From the IMG/VR virus record IMGVR_UViG_3300033121_002012, positions 2,069 to 66,068 of that record: a stretch of DNA of 64,000 nucleotides; one strand, 5' to 3'. Shown piece by piece: positions 46,640 to 55,604 of the stretch. Both the position numbers and the translations under genes were made by a program. The notes beneath the pieces were generated by a model, which was not told the DNA's origin, made no database searches, and saw only the letters and a list, made by a program, of their open reading frames with translations. The stretch is from a virus. Each line of letters begins with the position of its first letter. The first letter of the stretch is position 1.

Positions 46640-48216
46640 GCATCGACCCCAAAATCCTAAAGCGTATGCAGGGAGAAGATACCTTCCTGCAATCCCAAAC
46701 ACGCGGCTCACGCCGTGTCAAACTCAACCGTGGTCAGAACTGGATCGTCCGGTTCCTGCCCGCCCAGCTTGGCCCCGACGGGATGTTTTTCGCCCGCATC
46801 GCCCGCCACTGGCTGAACAAACTGCCCATCGTCTGCCCGCGCAACACAGCGGCGGATTACGGCGGCATTCCTGACTGCGACTGCCCGGTCTGCGATCTGG
46901 CAGAAGAACTGAACGAGAGCGCCGATCAGGTCATCAGCAAGTTCGGCTACAGTGCCCGCTCCAACCCCCAGTTTCTCACTTACTGCATCGTCTGGGAAAA
47001 GGATGGCATCCAGCAGCCCATGTCGGAAGTCATCAACCCTTACGAATTCTGGCACTACCGCAGCACGTGGGAAGAACTCAAAGGCTTCTACATTGCCGGT
47101 GGCCGTCGCTGCCCGGACAGTGTTCTCGACTACAAGCTGGGCAACGATTTCAGCGTCAGCAAAACCGTCAAGGGGATGCGTCTGGACAAACTGGATTCGT
47201 CGCCGATTTTCGACAAGGACGAACCCAAATACGCCGAATGGATCAAGAAGATTGAGGCGGCCCTGCGCACGCCCAAGGTCGTCATTCCCACCCACGAACA
47301 ACTGCAAGTTTTCGCGGCCAAGGTACAGGAAGCCGCCAACCGTGGCGGCGCTGCCGAAGATGAACCACGGCGTGGTCGTCGCCAACCGGATGCGGAATCG
47401 GAAGATGAAGATTCTCGTCCCCGGCGGCGTGCGCCAGTCGACGAAGAACCACAACCCCGGCGGCGTGCTCCGGTAGAGGGCGAAGATGACGGTGATCTTG
47501 GCCCGGTTCGTCCGAAAACACGGCGTCCCGAAGCTGACGCTCGTCCCGAGGATGAGTATGACGCACCGCGTCGGCGTGCCCCGGTTGAAACTGAAGCCGA
47601 AGACCCGCAACCGCGCAGGCGTGCGCCCGTCGAGGAAGACCCGCAGCCACGCAGACGTGCTCCAGTTGAAGCTGAAGCTGAAGAACCACCAGCACCCCGG
47701 CGACGACCGGTAGAAGCGGAGGAAGAACCGCAACCCCGGCGGCGCACGGCTCCCGTTGAACCGGACGAAGAACCGGCACCCCGCCGCCGCGCAGCAGCCC
47801 CAGTCGACGAAGACCCGCAACCCCGGCGGCGCACGGCTCCTGCCGCTGAAGCGGAAGCTGAGCCTGAACCTCGGACACGCTCTCGCCGCGAAGAACCTGA
47901 GCCAGTCACCGGTGAAGGTGACGGCGAACCCGTGGCGGAAAATGATCCTGAACCGGTCGCCACCAACACCCGGCTGCCTGCTACTCAGCGCCGGGCACTG
48001 GAACCTACCGCTCGGCGCACAGCGGCTCCCAAAGAAGCTGCCGGTTCGCCTCAAGGTGACGCGGAAGAAGATGATCCGCTGCCGGAAGATGACACCGATC
48101 CCGCACCACCGGCTCCCAAGGTGGACGCTGAAGATGCCCCGCCGCCGGTTGCCCGCAAGGGCAGCCAAGCCGGTGACATCAAAGACCGGCTCAAGAAACT
48201 CGGTCGTGAAGCTTGA
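46636..48216 (+). CDS. gp32-like ssDNA-binding protein with long repetitive C-terminal tail
   Basis: IVRFLP, HW...CP...DCPVC, GNDF; about 290-aa E/P/R-rich tail. Confidence 0.8.
   Translation: MSIDPKILKRMQGEDTFLQSQTRGSRRVKLNRGQNWIVRFLPAQLGPDGMFFARIARHWLNKLPIVCPRNTAADYGGIPDCDCPVCDLAEELNESADQVISKFGYSARSNPQFLTYCIVWEKDGIQQPMSEVINPYEFWHYRSTWEELKGFYIAGGRRCPDSVLDYKLGNDFSVSKTVKGMRLDKLDSSPIFDKDEPKYAEWIKKIEAALRTPKVVIPTHEQLQVFAAKVQEAANRGGAAEDEPRRGRRQPDAESEDEDSRPRRRAPVDEEPQPRRRAPVEGEDDGDLGPVRPKTRRPEADARPEDEYDAPRRRAPVETEAEDPQPRRRAPVEEDPQPRRRAPVEAEAEEPPAPRRRPVEAEEEPQPRRRTAPVEPDEEPAPRRRAAAPVDEDPQPRRRTAPAAEAEAEPEPRTRSRREEPEPVTGEGDGEPVAENDPEPVATNTRLPATQRRALEPTARRTAAPKEAAGSPQGDAEEDDPLPEDDTDPAPPAPKVDAEDAPPPVARKGSQAGDIKDRLKKLGREA
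47360..47900 (+). repeat. Degenerate tandem coding repeat (EEPQPRRRAPV)
   Basis: About 10 copies of GAAGAmCCrCAACCCCGGCGGCGy-like units. Confidence 0.8.
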
Positions 48217-48218
48217 TT

Positions 48219-49571
48219 ATGGCTGCCAAAAAGAAAGAGGTCGACGAGAACGAGGGCCTGATGACCGAACTCCGGCGTATCGCTCCCAAGGGGGAAGACG
48301 CGGGTAGCTGGGAAATCTCTCGGACGACTGAACTGGTGCTGTCGGAAGTGAAGTACGTGCTGACGACCGGCATCGAAGCCTTCGATGACATCGCCGGTGG
48401 CGTCCCCTTTGGGCGCATGGGCGAACTGTATGGGCTGGAAAGCTGCGGCAAGACGGCTATGGCCATCCGCTGCGCGGCCCGCGCCATGAAAAAGCACGTC
48501 TGCGAAGTGATCCACAACCCAGACGACTCCATCAGCTACAAGCCGCTGCCGCCGGACAAGTGCAAAGTGGTGGTGGTCTACATCGACAACGAGCAATCCC
48601 TTGACGACGACATGAAACTGGTCGTCGACGGGGAAAAGCTGGACGTGGTGGGCTGCCGTTTCGACACCACGGACGACGTGTTCAAAGCCATCGACGGGGC
48701 CATCAACTTTCAGGAAAAGCGACTGGAGCAGGAGGAAGAAGACGGCATCAAGCGTTTCATGCTGATCGTGGTCGACACGATTGCAAGCACGTCCACCAAG
48801 CAGGAACTCGATCAAAAATGGGGCACGCAGGATTTCCCGCGCCAGCCCCAGCAGATCAGCAAGGCCCTGCGCCAGCTTGTCCGGCGCGTCAACCGGTTCG
48901 GGGTGGCCATCCTGTTCACCAATCAGGTGCGCATCAAGTTCCAGCAGGGTCAGGCTCAAGGAGGCAAACAGACGTTCTCCATTCAAGCGGACGACTACAC
49001 GTCCCCCGGCGGCATGGCGCTGCGCTTCTACACATCGCACCGCGTGTTCATGTACTCGTTCGCCCAGAAGTACAAGCTCATCCCGGACGGCAAATTTGCC
49101 GCCGGGTTACTGGTCGGTTTCCACACCAAAAAGAATCGTCTGCGACCGCCACTGCGCGATGGGCGCATGGTGCTGCTGTTCGACAAGCATCAAGGCGGCC
49201 TCAACAACGTGTTCAGCCTGCTGGAGACGATGGTGTTCCTCGGCTTCATCGACGTGGCCGCTGAATCCAAGCACACGGGCTACACCCTGCGCTTCAAGGC
49301 AAACAACATCATTCCGACGACGTTCTCACCTGCCAAGGTGGAAACCTCGCTGGAGGAAGACGAAGCGCTGCCCCGCCGTGGTAGCAGCCGCAAAGACCCC
49401 GGTTTTCAAACCCGGTCAGAGTGGCCGCAATTCTACGCAGCCCACAAGGCCGACATCGAAAAGCTCTGGGCAGCAGCGGTGGTTTTTGCGATGGGCACCG
49501 AAGGCTTGGATGGCGGCGTTCAAGTTGAGGAAGACTACACCCCTGCCGTGACGGAAGGAGACGATGATTAA
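48219..49571 (+). CDS. recA: RecA/UvsX recombinase
   Basis: TGIEAFD..GGVPFGRMGELYGLESCGKT, YIDNE, IVVDT, FTNQVR, SPGGMALRFY. Confidence 0.92.
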   Translation: MAAKKKEVDENEGLMTELRRIAPKGEDAGSWEISRTTELVLSEVKYVLTTGIEAFDDIAGGVPFGRMGELYGLESCGKTAMAIRCAARAMKKHVCEVIHNPDDSISYKPLPPDKCKVVVVYIDNEQSLDDDMKLVVDGEKLDVVGCRFDTTDDVFKAIDGAINFQEKRLEQEEEDGIKRFMLIVVDTIASTSTKQELDQKWGTQDFPRQPQQISKALRQLVRRVNRFGVAILFTNQVRIKFQQGQAQGGKQTFSIQADDYTSPGGMALRFYTSHRVFMYSFAQKYKLIPDGKFAAGLLVGFHTKKNRLRPPLRDGRMVLLFDKHQGGLNNVFSLLETMVFLGFIDVAAESKHTGYTLRFKANNIIPTTFSPAKVETSLEEDEALPRRGSSRKDPGFQTRSEWPQFYAAHKADIEKLWAAAVVFAMGTEGLDGGVQVEEDYTPAVTEGDDD

Positions 49572-50324
49572 ATGGCCAAAATCCACATTGAATACAGCGC
49601 GGAACGGGAACTGGACGATGAACTGCAAGTGGTCATCGACAACAATCCGGCCTTCACACCCCTGAACGATGAAGTCAAAGTGCGGGCAGTGTTTGTCATC
49701 CGCATGGACGGCGATCAGGTCAGCAAACCCGGCAAGGAGGCGGTGACGCTAAAGAAAGTGCCACCGGAAATGGCGGTCTTTTACAAGACACCGATCAAAT
49801 TCATCCTCGTGGTCGACCACCACTACTGGCTGGAAGCCCAACCCCGGCAAAAACACGCCGCCCTCGACCGGGCTTTGAGCCGGATCGCTTTGGAAAAGGA
49901 TGAAGCGGGTGTTTACAAACCCAAAATCCGCAAGTGGGATTTGCAGGATAACGTCGACAACATCCAGCGTTATGGCGTGACCACCGAAGCACAGGTGCGC
50001 TTCGTGGAAGCGGCCAAGATGGTGCCGATGCTAACCCGGATGGTGGAAGGTGATCTGCAAAAACGCGCCGCGCAAAAAGCGCGGACACCGCCCGAGGCTG
50101 ACGCCCCGCCCGAAACTCCCAAAGCCAAGTCCGCAGATAAACCAAACCTGACGGCTGCTGTTGCTGCTGCTGCTGCTGCTAAACCGGCGGCCAAATCGCC
50201 GACCAAACCCAAAACCGCTCCGGCTCCCGCCGAGGAAACCGATGCGGAACCTGAACCCACACGTCCGGCCCGGCGACCGCCGCCTGATCCGGTGCCCGCC
50301 GAAGACGACGTTGAACCTGATTGA
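49572..50324 (+). CDS. Phage metallopeptidase-like domain (catalytic motif lost) with Ala/Pro/Lys tail
   Basis: FILVVD...W...QKHAALDRALSR...IRKWDLQD...IQRYG; RALSR where HELxH is expected. Confidence 0.5.
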   Translation: MAKIHIEYSAERELDDELQVVIDNNPAFTPLNDEVKVRAVFVIRMDGDQVSKPGKEAVTLKKVPPEMAVFYKTPIKFILVVDHHYWLEAQPRQKHAALDRALSRIALEKDEAGVYKPKIRKWDLQDNVDNIQRYGVTTEAQVRFVEAAKMVPMLTRMVEGDLQKRAAQKARTPPEADAPPETPKAKSADKPNLTAAVAAAAAAKPAAKSPTKPKTAPAPAEETDAEPEPTRPARRPPPDPVPAEDDVEPD

Positions 50325-50410
50325 CCGCTGTGAATAATTTGTGAGCCGAAAGATTTGTTTTTTCTTGTTTAATTTTCTTTCGGTGTTTACATCAACCTAC
50401 CTAGTTCGCT

Positions 50411-51205
50411 ATGAGTTTAATTCCCAAACGCACCAGCTTCATGCGATATGCTCGCGTGTTTGAAATCCTGAAAGGGGACAACGCACTCAGCAAGAAGCTC
50501 AGCAAGAATACGACTGCGGTATGCCGTCCTGACCAGACCAGTCAGGATTTTCCCGTCGAAGTCGTACACGTCACCGACACCATCCACGCCAGCGGTAAAG
50601 ATGCCTACACGCTGTCCAAGCTCGAAGTGATCCGCACCGCGCATCACCTGCTCGTGGAAAATCCACAGCCCATCCCGACACCTGAGAAAGCCGAGGCCAA
50701 GGCACCTGAGAAAGCCGAGGCCAAGGCACCAGAGGTCAAAACCGCCAAACCCAAAGCGGCCCGCAAACCGGCCCCCAAAGCAACGGCCAAGCCTGCGCCC
50801 AAAGCAACGGCCAAACCCGCGCCAAAACCGGCACCCAAGGCCGCCCCCAAAGCAGCCCGTAAACCGGCCAAGGGGGATTCGCCCCCAAAAACAGAAGCAA
50901 CCGCTGAGCCTAGCCCGGCAGCGGTTGCTGAGAAGCCGACGGGCGACGTTCCTAAAAGCGACCGGGTAAGCTCTGTTCCAGAGTTTATCCGTCCCCTCAT
51001 ACCCAACGTGGTTGCTGTGGCAATGATGGTCAACAGCCAAGCCGTAATCACCTTGTGCGAACCGCTTATTCAGGCGGAGAGCAAGGGCGATACCGGCGCT
51101 ATCGGAGCCAAAGCGGTTGTGGACAAAGCCAACGAACTTATCAACCTGATCTATCGTCTGACCGTACTACCTGATGCCAAAGCGGAACCCAGCACCACAG
51201 GCTGA
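50411..51205 (+). CDS. Protein with histone H1-like Lys/Ala/Pro repeats
   Basis: PEKAEAKA x2 (24-bp direct repeat) and KPAPKATA repeats. Confidence 0.55.
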   Translation: MSLIPKRTSFMRYARVFEILKGDNALSKKLSKNTTAVCRPDQTSQDFPVEVVHVTDTIHASGKDAYTLSKLEVIRTAHHLLVENPQPIPTPEKAEAKAPEKAEAKAPEVKTAKPKAARKPAPKATAKPAPKATAKPAPKPAPKAAPKAARKPAKGDSPPKTEATAEPSPAAVAEKPTGDVPKSDRVSSVPEFIRPLIPNVVAVAMMVNSQAVITLCEPLIQAESKGDTGAIGAKAVVDKANELINLIYRLTVLPDAKAEPSTTG

Positions 51206-52184
51206 CGGCGAACACATCTTTCCCGCGAGCCAGCTAACGCCTCTTGCCATCCAGTGGAAACAACTCAGTTCCGCTGGACGGCACAAAGAGGCGATGCTCG
51301 TTTTGGAAAAGATCGTGGTCGGCTCCACGGCCATGTTCGAGCGGCTGGCCCAGTTTGAAGACTTCCACTACACGGTCGACCTGCCTATTCTTGTCAGCGC
51401 CGCGCAGGAAAAAGTCATCAAGTGGCTGCTGAAATGGCAGCCCAAGAAGGGGCGTTTGTTCTCGTGGTTCTCGAAGTGCGCCAAGAACGCCTTCCGCTCA
51501 GAACTGGTCAAGGTCAACCAGTATCGCAAACGCTACCACGTCACCGGCGACAGTCTGGAAAAGTTCTACGGGGCCGAGGATCACGATGTCGACAAACACG
51601 ACGCGGCTGCCGAACTGCGCATCAAACTCGATGAACTGACCTGCCGCTGGGGTGATCCGCAGGAAATCGGAGCCATCCGCTACCTGACGCTCTGCCTGAT
51701 CGACGATGAGCACGACAAGCAGGCGGCCATCCGCAGCGCCGCTTACGCCTTCGGCATCAGCTTTGAACTCTCCAAATTTTTCTACAACTGGGCCATCGTC
51801 AACCTCCGGCACGCTTTCTACGAAAAAGTTTACATCCCCTTCACCGAGTACGATCTGATGCTCGCGGCAGAGAGCTATAGCTTCTGGCCGGAGTTTGTAA
51901 ACATCGTGGGCTTCGAGAACGCGAAAAGATGCAGCGGCCTGCTCGGGGGCCAGCGTGTAAAATTTCCCACGCTCCAGTACTTTGCAAAATTACGCGAGAG
52001 CCACCAGATTGCCCGTGACATCGAGCGCAGCGACCTTGATCCTGACGCCGTAGCCGAGGTTGGTCGCAAGTACAAAAAGACCGCCCGCACCGCACAGGAA
52101 CTTTTCACCGACATGGTTGAACAAAACGACCCCAAGCGTTATGGCGAGCACAGCATTTTCGACGAAGATACCGCTGACGAATGA
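51174..52184 (+). CDS. Sigma-factor-like protein (region 2) with Mor-like C-terminal domain
   Basis: AQEKVIKWLLKWQPKKGRLFSWFSKCAKNAF resembles sigma region 2.2-2.4; IVGFENAKRCSGLLGGQRVKFP resembles Mor. Confidence 0.65.
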   Translation: MPKRNPAPQADGEHIFPASQLTPLAIQWKQLSSAGRHKEAMLVLEKIVVGSTAMFERLAQFEDFHYTVDLPILVSAAQEKVIKWLLKWQPKKGRLFSWFSKCAKNAFRSELVKVNQYRKRYHVTGDSLEKFYGAEDHDVDKHDAAAELRIKLDELTCRWGDPQEIGAIRYLTLCLIDDEHDKQAAIRSAAYAFGISFELSKFFYNWAIVNLRHAFYEKVYIPFTEYDLMLAAESYSFWPEFVNIVGFENAKRCSGLLGGQRVKFPTLQYFAKLRESHQIARDIERSDLDPDAVAEVGRKYKKTARTAQELFTDMVEQNDPKRYGEHSIFDEDTADE

Positions 52185-53655
52185 GCTTGTAGCCCTGCTG
52201 CGCCCCAAGCGCCACCGGCTCTTTCTCCTGTTCACCGATCCCAAGCTGCGTCCACCCGTGCTGGACGAGATGATGCCCGACTTGCAGCGGGTGATCGCCA
52301 GCGTGGCACAGGATTACTGCGACACGACCACCCCGCACCTGCATTTCGACGAATTGATGGGGGAAGGTAATCTCAAACTGGCCGAGATCATCACCAAGGG
52401 TATTCTCATCAGCGACAAGTGCCCCACCCGGCATTCCTTCTTTGCCTTCTTCAAGACGGCTGTAAACAATCACACGCGCAGCCGGGTGCAGAAATACCGC
52501 TTCACGGAAAAGCGCACCGGCCAGAAACCGCCGCCCCGTGAACAGCGCTTCGTGCCCAACGCCGCGCCCGCCGAGGATGAAGCACCCGCGCCGGAGTACC
52601 ACAAAAACGTCGAACTCAGCCTCGACGATCCTGATTCCGGGCTACAGGTGCCTGACCAGCACCATCACGGCGAAGGTGACGACCGGGAAATTGACTGGGG
52701 CTTCAATCCGACCGCCGCCGAGTATGCTTATCTCATGACCCCGGTGGAAAAGATCGTGTTCCACGAAATGATTATGCCCAGCGCTCATGCCCGGTGCTAC
52801 GCCGAGCAGGATGCCATGCGCAAGGCCAATCATGCCAAGGTCAACATCAAGATCAAATTCTGCCACATGGCGGAAGCCATCGGTTTAGCCCCGGAACTTT
52901 TTGAAGAAGCCGTTCTATCCATACGGAACAAGATCAAATTTTACCGTATGTCAACCGACGAGACTCGCGAAAAAGAAGCACGGGAGAATGCCATCATTGC
53001 CCAGTTGAAAGAAGTCTTTGGGCTGCATATTCCACCCGACATCGACCGTATGGTAATCCGCCGGATGCTGACGATGGCCGCACGGGATCAGTTCGACAAA
53101 CTGAATCCCCAGATCAGTGAACTGCTGACGGAAATCGGGGCCAAGGTGCCGCGCACCATCGGCAACGAAAAACTGGCGTGCTACGGCGTGCTCTTTCAAC
53201 GCAATTGTAGACAATGCAATACCTGCGATCTCCGGCATAGCTGCGCCGTGGAAGCCGCCAGCCTCGGCCTGACCAAGATGACGTTCAGCCCCAAGCTGCT
53301 GGGTTCCCGGCAAATTCGGGTGCCTGCCTTCCTGCCGCGCCCGGCCACGGAAATCACCCAACAGATCAGCAGCGCCGATGAAGCGGAAATCATCAGCCAT
53401 CTGGACGAAACTTTTGAGCGGGCCGTGCGGGGTGGCCAGACCTACTATTACCACCGGGTCGGCAGCGACAAAAAGCGCCGCTTCCTGTTTTGCATCGAGC
53501 GCAAGGCTCCCCTTCGTCTGCGCCTGTGCAATCCGAGCGAGGAATTGAAAAAACGCCTGACGGGCAAACAGAAGACATGGTGTGCGCCGGAAACGGCTCC
53601 CCTATCGGAAATCATCGCGTTAATCGAGCAGCATGGCCGGGAAACTTTCACCTGA
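52141..53655 (+). CDS. Sigma70-family-like protein with C-terminal Cys cluster
   Basis: FDELMGEGNLKLAEII...FFAFFKTAVNN (region 2), MTPVEKIVF...MAEAIGL (region 4-like), CYG...CRQCNTCDLRHSC; start uncertain. Confidence 0.65.
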   Translation: MASTAFSTKIPLTNELVALLRPKRHRLFLLFTDPKLRPPVLDEMMPDLQRVIASVAQDYCDTTTPHLHFDELMGEGNLKLAEIITKGILISDKCPTRHSFFAFFKTAVNNHTRSRVQKYRFTEKRTGQKPPPREQRFVPNAAPAEDEAPAPEYHKNVELSLDDPDSGLQVPDQHHHGEGDDREIDWGFNPTAAEYAYLMTPVEKIVFHEMIMPSAHARCYAEQDAMRKANHAKVNIKIKFCHMAEAIGLAPELFEEAVLSIRNKIKFYRMSTDETREKEARENAIIAQLKEVFGLHIPPDIDRMVIRRMLTMAARDQFDKLNPQISELLTEIGAKVPRTIGNEKLACYGVLFQRNCRQCNTCDLRHSCAVEAASLGLTKMTFSPKLLGSRQIRVPAFLPRPATEITQQISSADEAEIISHLDETFERAVRGGQTYYYHRVGSDKKRRFLFCIERKAPLRLRLCNPSEELKKRLTGKQKTWCAPETAPLSEIIALIEQHGRETFT

Positions 53656-53658
53656 TTT

Positions 53659-54030
53659 ATGGCTGACCCCTTACCCGCCCAATCTCCGGCTCCCAACGTG
53701 ATCGCACCGGAAAAAGCCATGACCCGGTTTGAAGCCCAGCGCAAACTCGGCCTCTTTGCACCCCACGATTACGTCATGCTGTCCTTGATCGTGTTGATCT
53801 GGGTGACGCTGGGATTCTGGAAACTGTTCGGCACCCCGACCGCGTTGCAACTGGTGGCACTGGGACTTGTAAACATTGTGCTGACCCAGTTCTGGATGAT
53901 CGTCTTGGTTTATCGCTGCATGGTGTTCACGCTTGATCTCCACGCAGATGTCGCCCTGATGCCGGAAGCAGCGGCCCGGATCGTGGTCGGTTACTGGGAA
54001 GGCCGCCGCGCTACTCCCACTCCAAAATGA
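53659..54030 (+). CDS. Two-TM membrane protein
   Basis: Two hydrophobic segments; holin-like size but no adjacent endolysin. Confidence 0.55.
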   Translation: MADPLPAQSPAPNVIAPEKAMTRFEAQRKLGLFAPHDYVMLSLIVLIWVTLGFWKLFGTPTALQLVALGLVNIVLTQFWMIVLVYRCMVFTLDLHADVALMPEAAARIVVGYWEGRRATPTPK

Positions 54031-54323
54031 ACAACTTTACCCGCAACAAACTCGCGCACGACCTGCATCAACGGCTGGCCATCCCAGTGGATCGCGCCAA
54101 AGGCATCGTCGATCAAACCTTGGATGCGCTCAGCAACGCCTTAGCCGAAGGCAAAAAAGTGGAATTTCGTGGCTTCGGTATCTTCGAGGTCGTGCAGCGC
54201 AAACCCAAGGTGGGCCGTAATCCCCGCCACCCGGAAGCGGGTCAATACCAGATTCCCGCCCGGCGGATGGTGCGCTTTCGCATCGGCAAACAGTTGTTCG
54301 CGCTGCTCAATCCTAATGAATAG
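54027..54323 (+). CDS. HU/IHF-family DNA-binding protein
   Basis: VEFRGFGIFEVVQRKPKVGRNP...IPARRMVRFRIGK. Confidence 0.92.
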   Translation: MNNFTRNKLAHDLHQRLAIPVDRAKGIVDQTLDALSNALAEGKKVEFRGFGIFEVVQRKPKVGRNPRHPEAGQYQIPARRMVRFRIGKQLFALLNPNE

Positions 54324-54344
54324 CAACCACGACAAGCTCACCCC

Positions 54345-54974
54345 ATGACTGCCGCGCCTACACGCTCCGACCTCGCCAATGATGCCCAACGCGGCAGTCA
54401 TTGCGGGTGCAGCGCCTTGTTCGGCATCATCTACTGTGATCCAGCATGGTCTTACAAAGACAAGTGCCATGCCGGGGAACGTGGTGCGGGCTACAAATAC
54501 ACGACGACCAGCACGGAAGAAATGGCGCAACTGCCAGTCATCAAAATCGCCGCGAAAGACTGTGCGCTGTTCATGTGGGCAACGATGCCGATGCTGCCTG
54601 ACGCTCTCGCGCTGATGAAGTCATGGGGCTTCCAATACAAGACCGCCGCCTTCGTGTGGGTCAAGAGCAACAAAAAATCTGACACTGACTTCTTCGGTAT
54701 GGGCAACTGGACTCGCGCCAACGCGGAAATCTGCCTGCTCGGAATCCGAGGAAAACCAAAACGGGTGTCTGCCGCCGTTCGGCAGGTAATCCGTCGCCCG
54801 ATAATGCGCCATAGCGAGAAGCCGCCAGAAGTGCGGGAACGCATCGTGACGCTGATGGGTGACATCCCCCGCGTGGAGCTATTCGCTCGCGTGAAAACCG
54901 AAGGCTGGTCGGTGTGGGGCAACGAAGTAACCAGCGACGTGTCAATGATGCCGAACGACCCGGATCAGCGATGA
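54345..54974 (+). CDS. MT-A70 family N6-adenine methyltransferase
   Basis: IIYCDPAWSY, LFMWAT, WGFQYKT, GMGNWTRANAEICL, HSEKP, VELFAR, WGNE. Confidence 0.9.
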   Translation: MTAAPTRSDLANDAQRGSHCGCSALFGIIYCDPAWSYKDKCHAGERGAGYKYTTTSTEEMAQLPVIKIAAKDCALFMWATMPMLPDALALMKSWGFQYKTAAFVWVKSNKKSDTDFFGMGNWTRANAEICLLGIRGKPKRVSAAVRQVIRRPIMRHSEKPPEVRERIVTLMGDIPRVELFARVKTEGWSVWGNEVTSDVSMMPNDPDQR

Positions 54975-54996
54975 GCGCCACTACGCTAGTTAGCGT

Positions 54997-55368
54997 ATGA
55001 ATGACGAAAGTTGGATTGGTGTTGATCTCGATGGCACCTTGGCCCACGACACCGGCTGGCGCGGCCCCGAGCACATCGGGCCGCCCATCCCCGCCATGCT
55101 GGAACGAGTGAAACACTGGCTCAACGACGGCAAGAAGGTAAAAATTTTCACCGCCCGCGCCACGGAACCGCAGCACATCCCGCCGATCCGTGAATGGCTG
55201 CGCCAGCATGGACTGCCCGAACTGGAAGTAACCAACGTGAAGGATTACGCGTGTATCGAATTCTGGGATGATCGCGCCGTCGAAGTCATACCAAACACCG
55301 GACGGCCCGCTAATCCCCTGCGGCGGCTGGTGGCTGCTGCCCAGCCAGTAGCGGAGTCGGCTCCCTAG
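54997..55368 (+). CDS. HAD-superfamily phosphatase-like protein
   Basis: IGVDLDGTLA, IFTAR, WDDRA. Confidence 0.8.
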   Translation: MNDESWIGVDLDGTLAHDTGWRGPEHIGPPIPAMLERVKHWLNDGKKVKIFTARATEPQHIPPIREWLRQHGLPELEVTNVKDYACIEFWDDRAVEVIPNTGRPANPLRRLVAAAQPVAESAP

Positions 55369-55604
55369 ACACCAAAACGTTTCCTGACCGCAGTATTGAA
55401 AGCTGCAAGATCGCTTTCCGTGGGAGCGCACACGTCGTGATAAGAAACAATCCCGGTGCCTTTCTCATTTTGCACATGGCAGACAAGGCCCTTCCAGCCA
55501 TCGTGGCGCATCCGGTTATTTGCACGTGAAATCGACCGGCAGCGCAAAACCTGTCCGGTCGATTTTAGTTTAACCCAGCAGGGTGCTTTGAACTTTGTGT
55601 TCAT
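55365..55604 (-). CDS. Hypothetical protein
   Basis: ORF coupled to the upstream gene. Confidence 0.45.
   Translation of the reverse strand: MNTKFKAPCWVKLKSTGQVLRCRSISRANNRMRHDGWKGLVCHVQNEKGTGIVSYHDVCAPTESDLAAFNTAVRKRFGV

Noticed and set aside
47360-47900. Possible CRISPR-like repeat array
   Set aside because: Repeats are degenerate, in frame and encode the SSB tail; no constant repeat with unique spacers and no cas genes.
53659-54030. Holin call
   Set aside because: Two TM segments alone are insufficient and no endolysin or spanin is adjacent.
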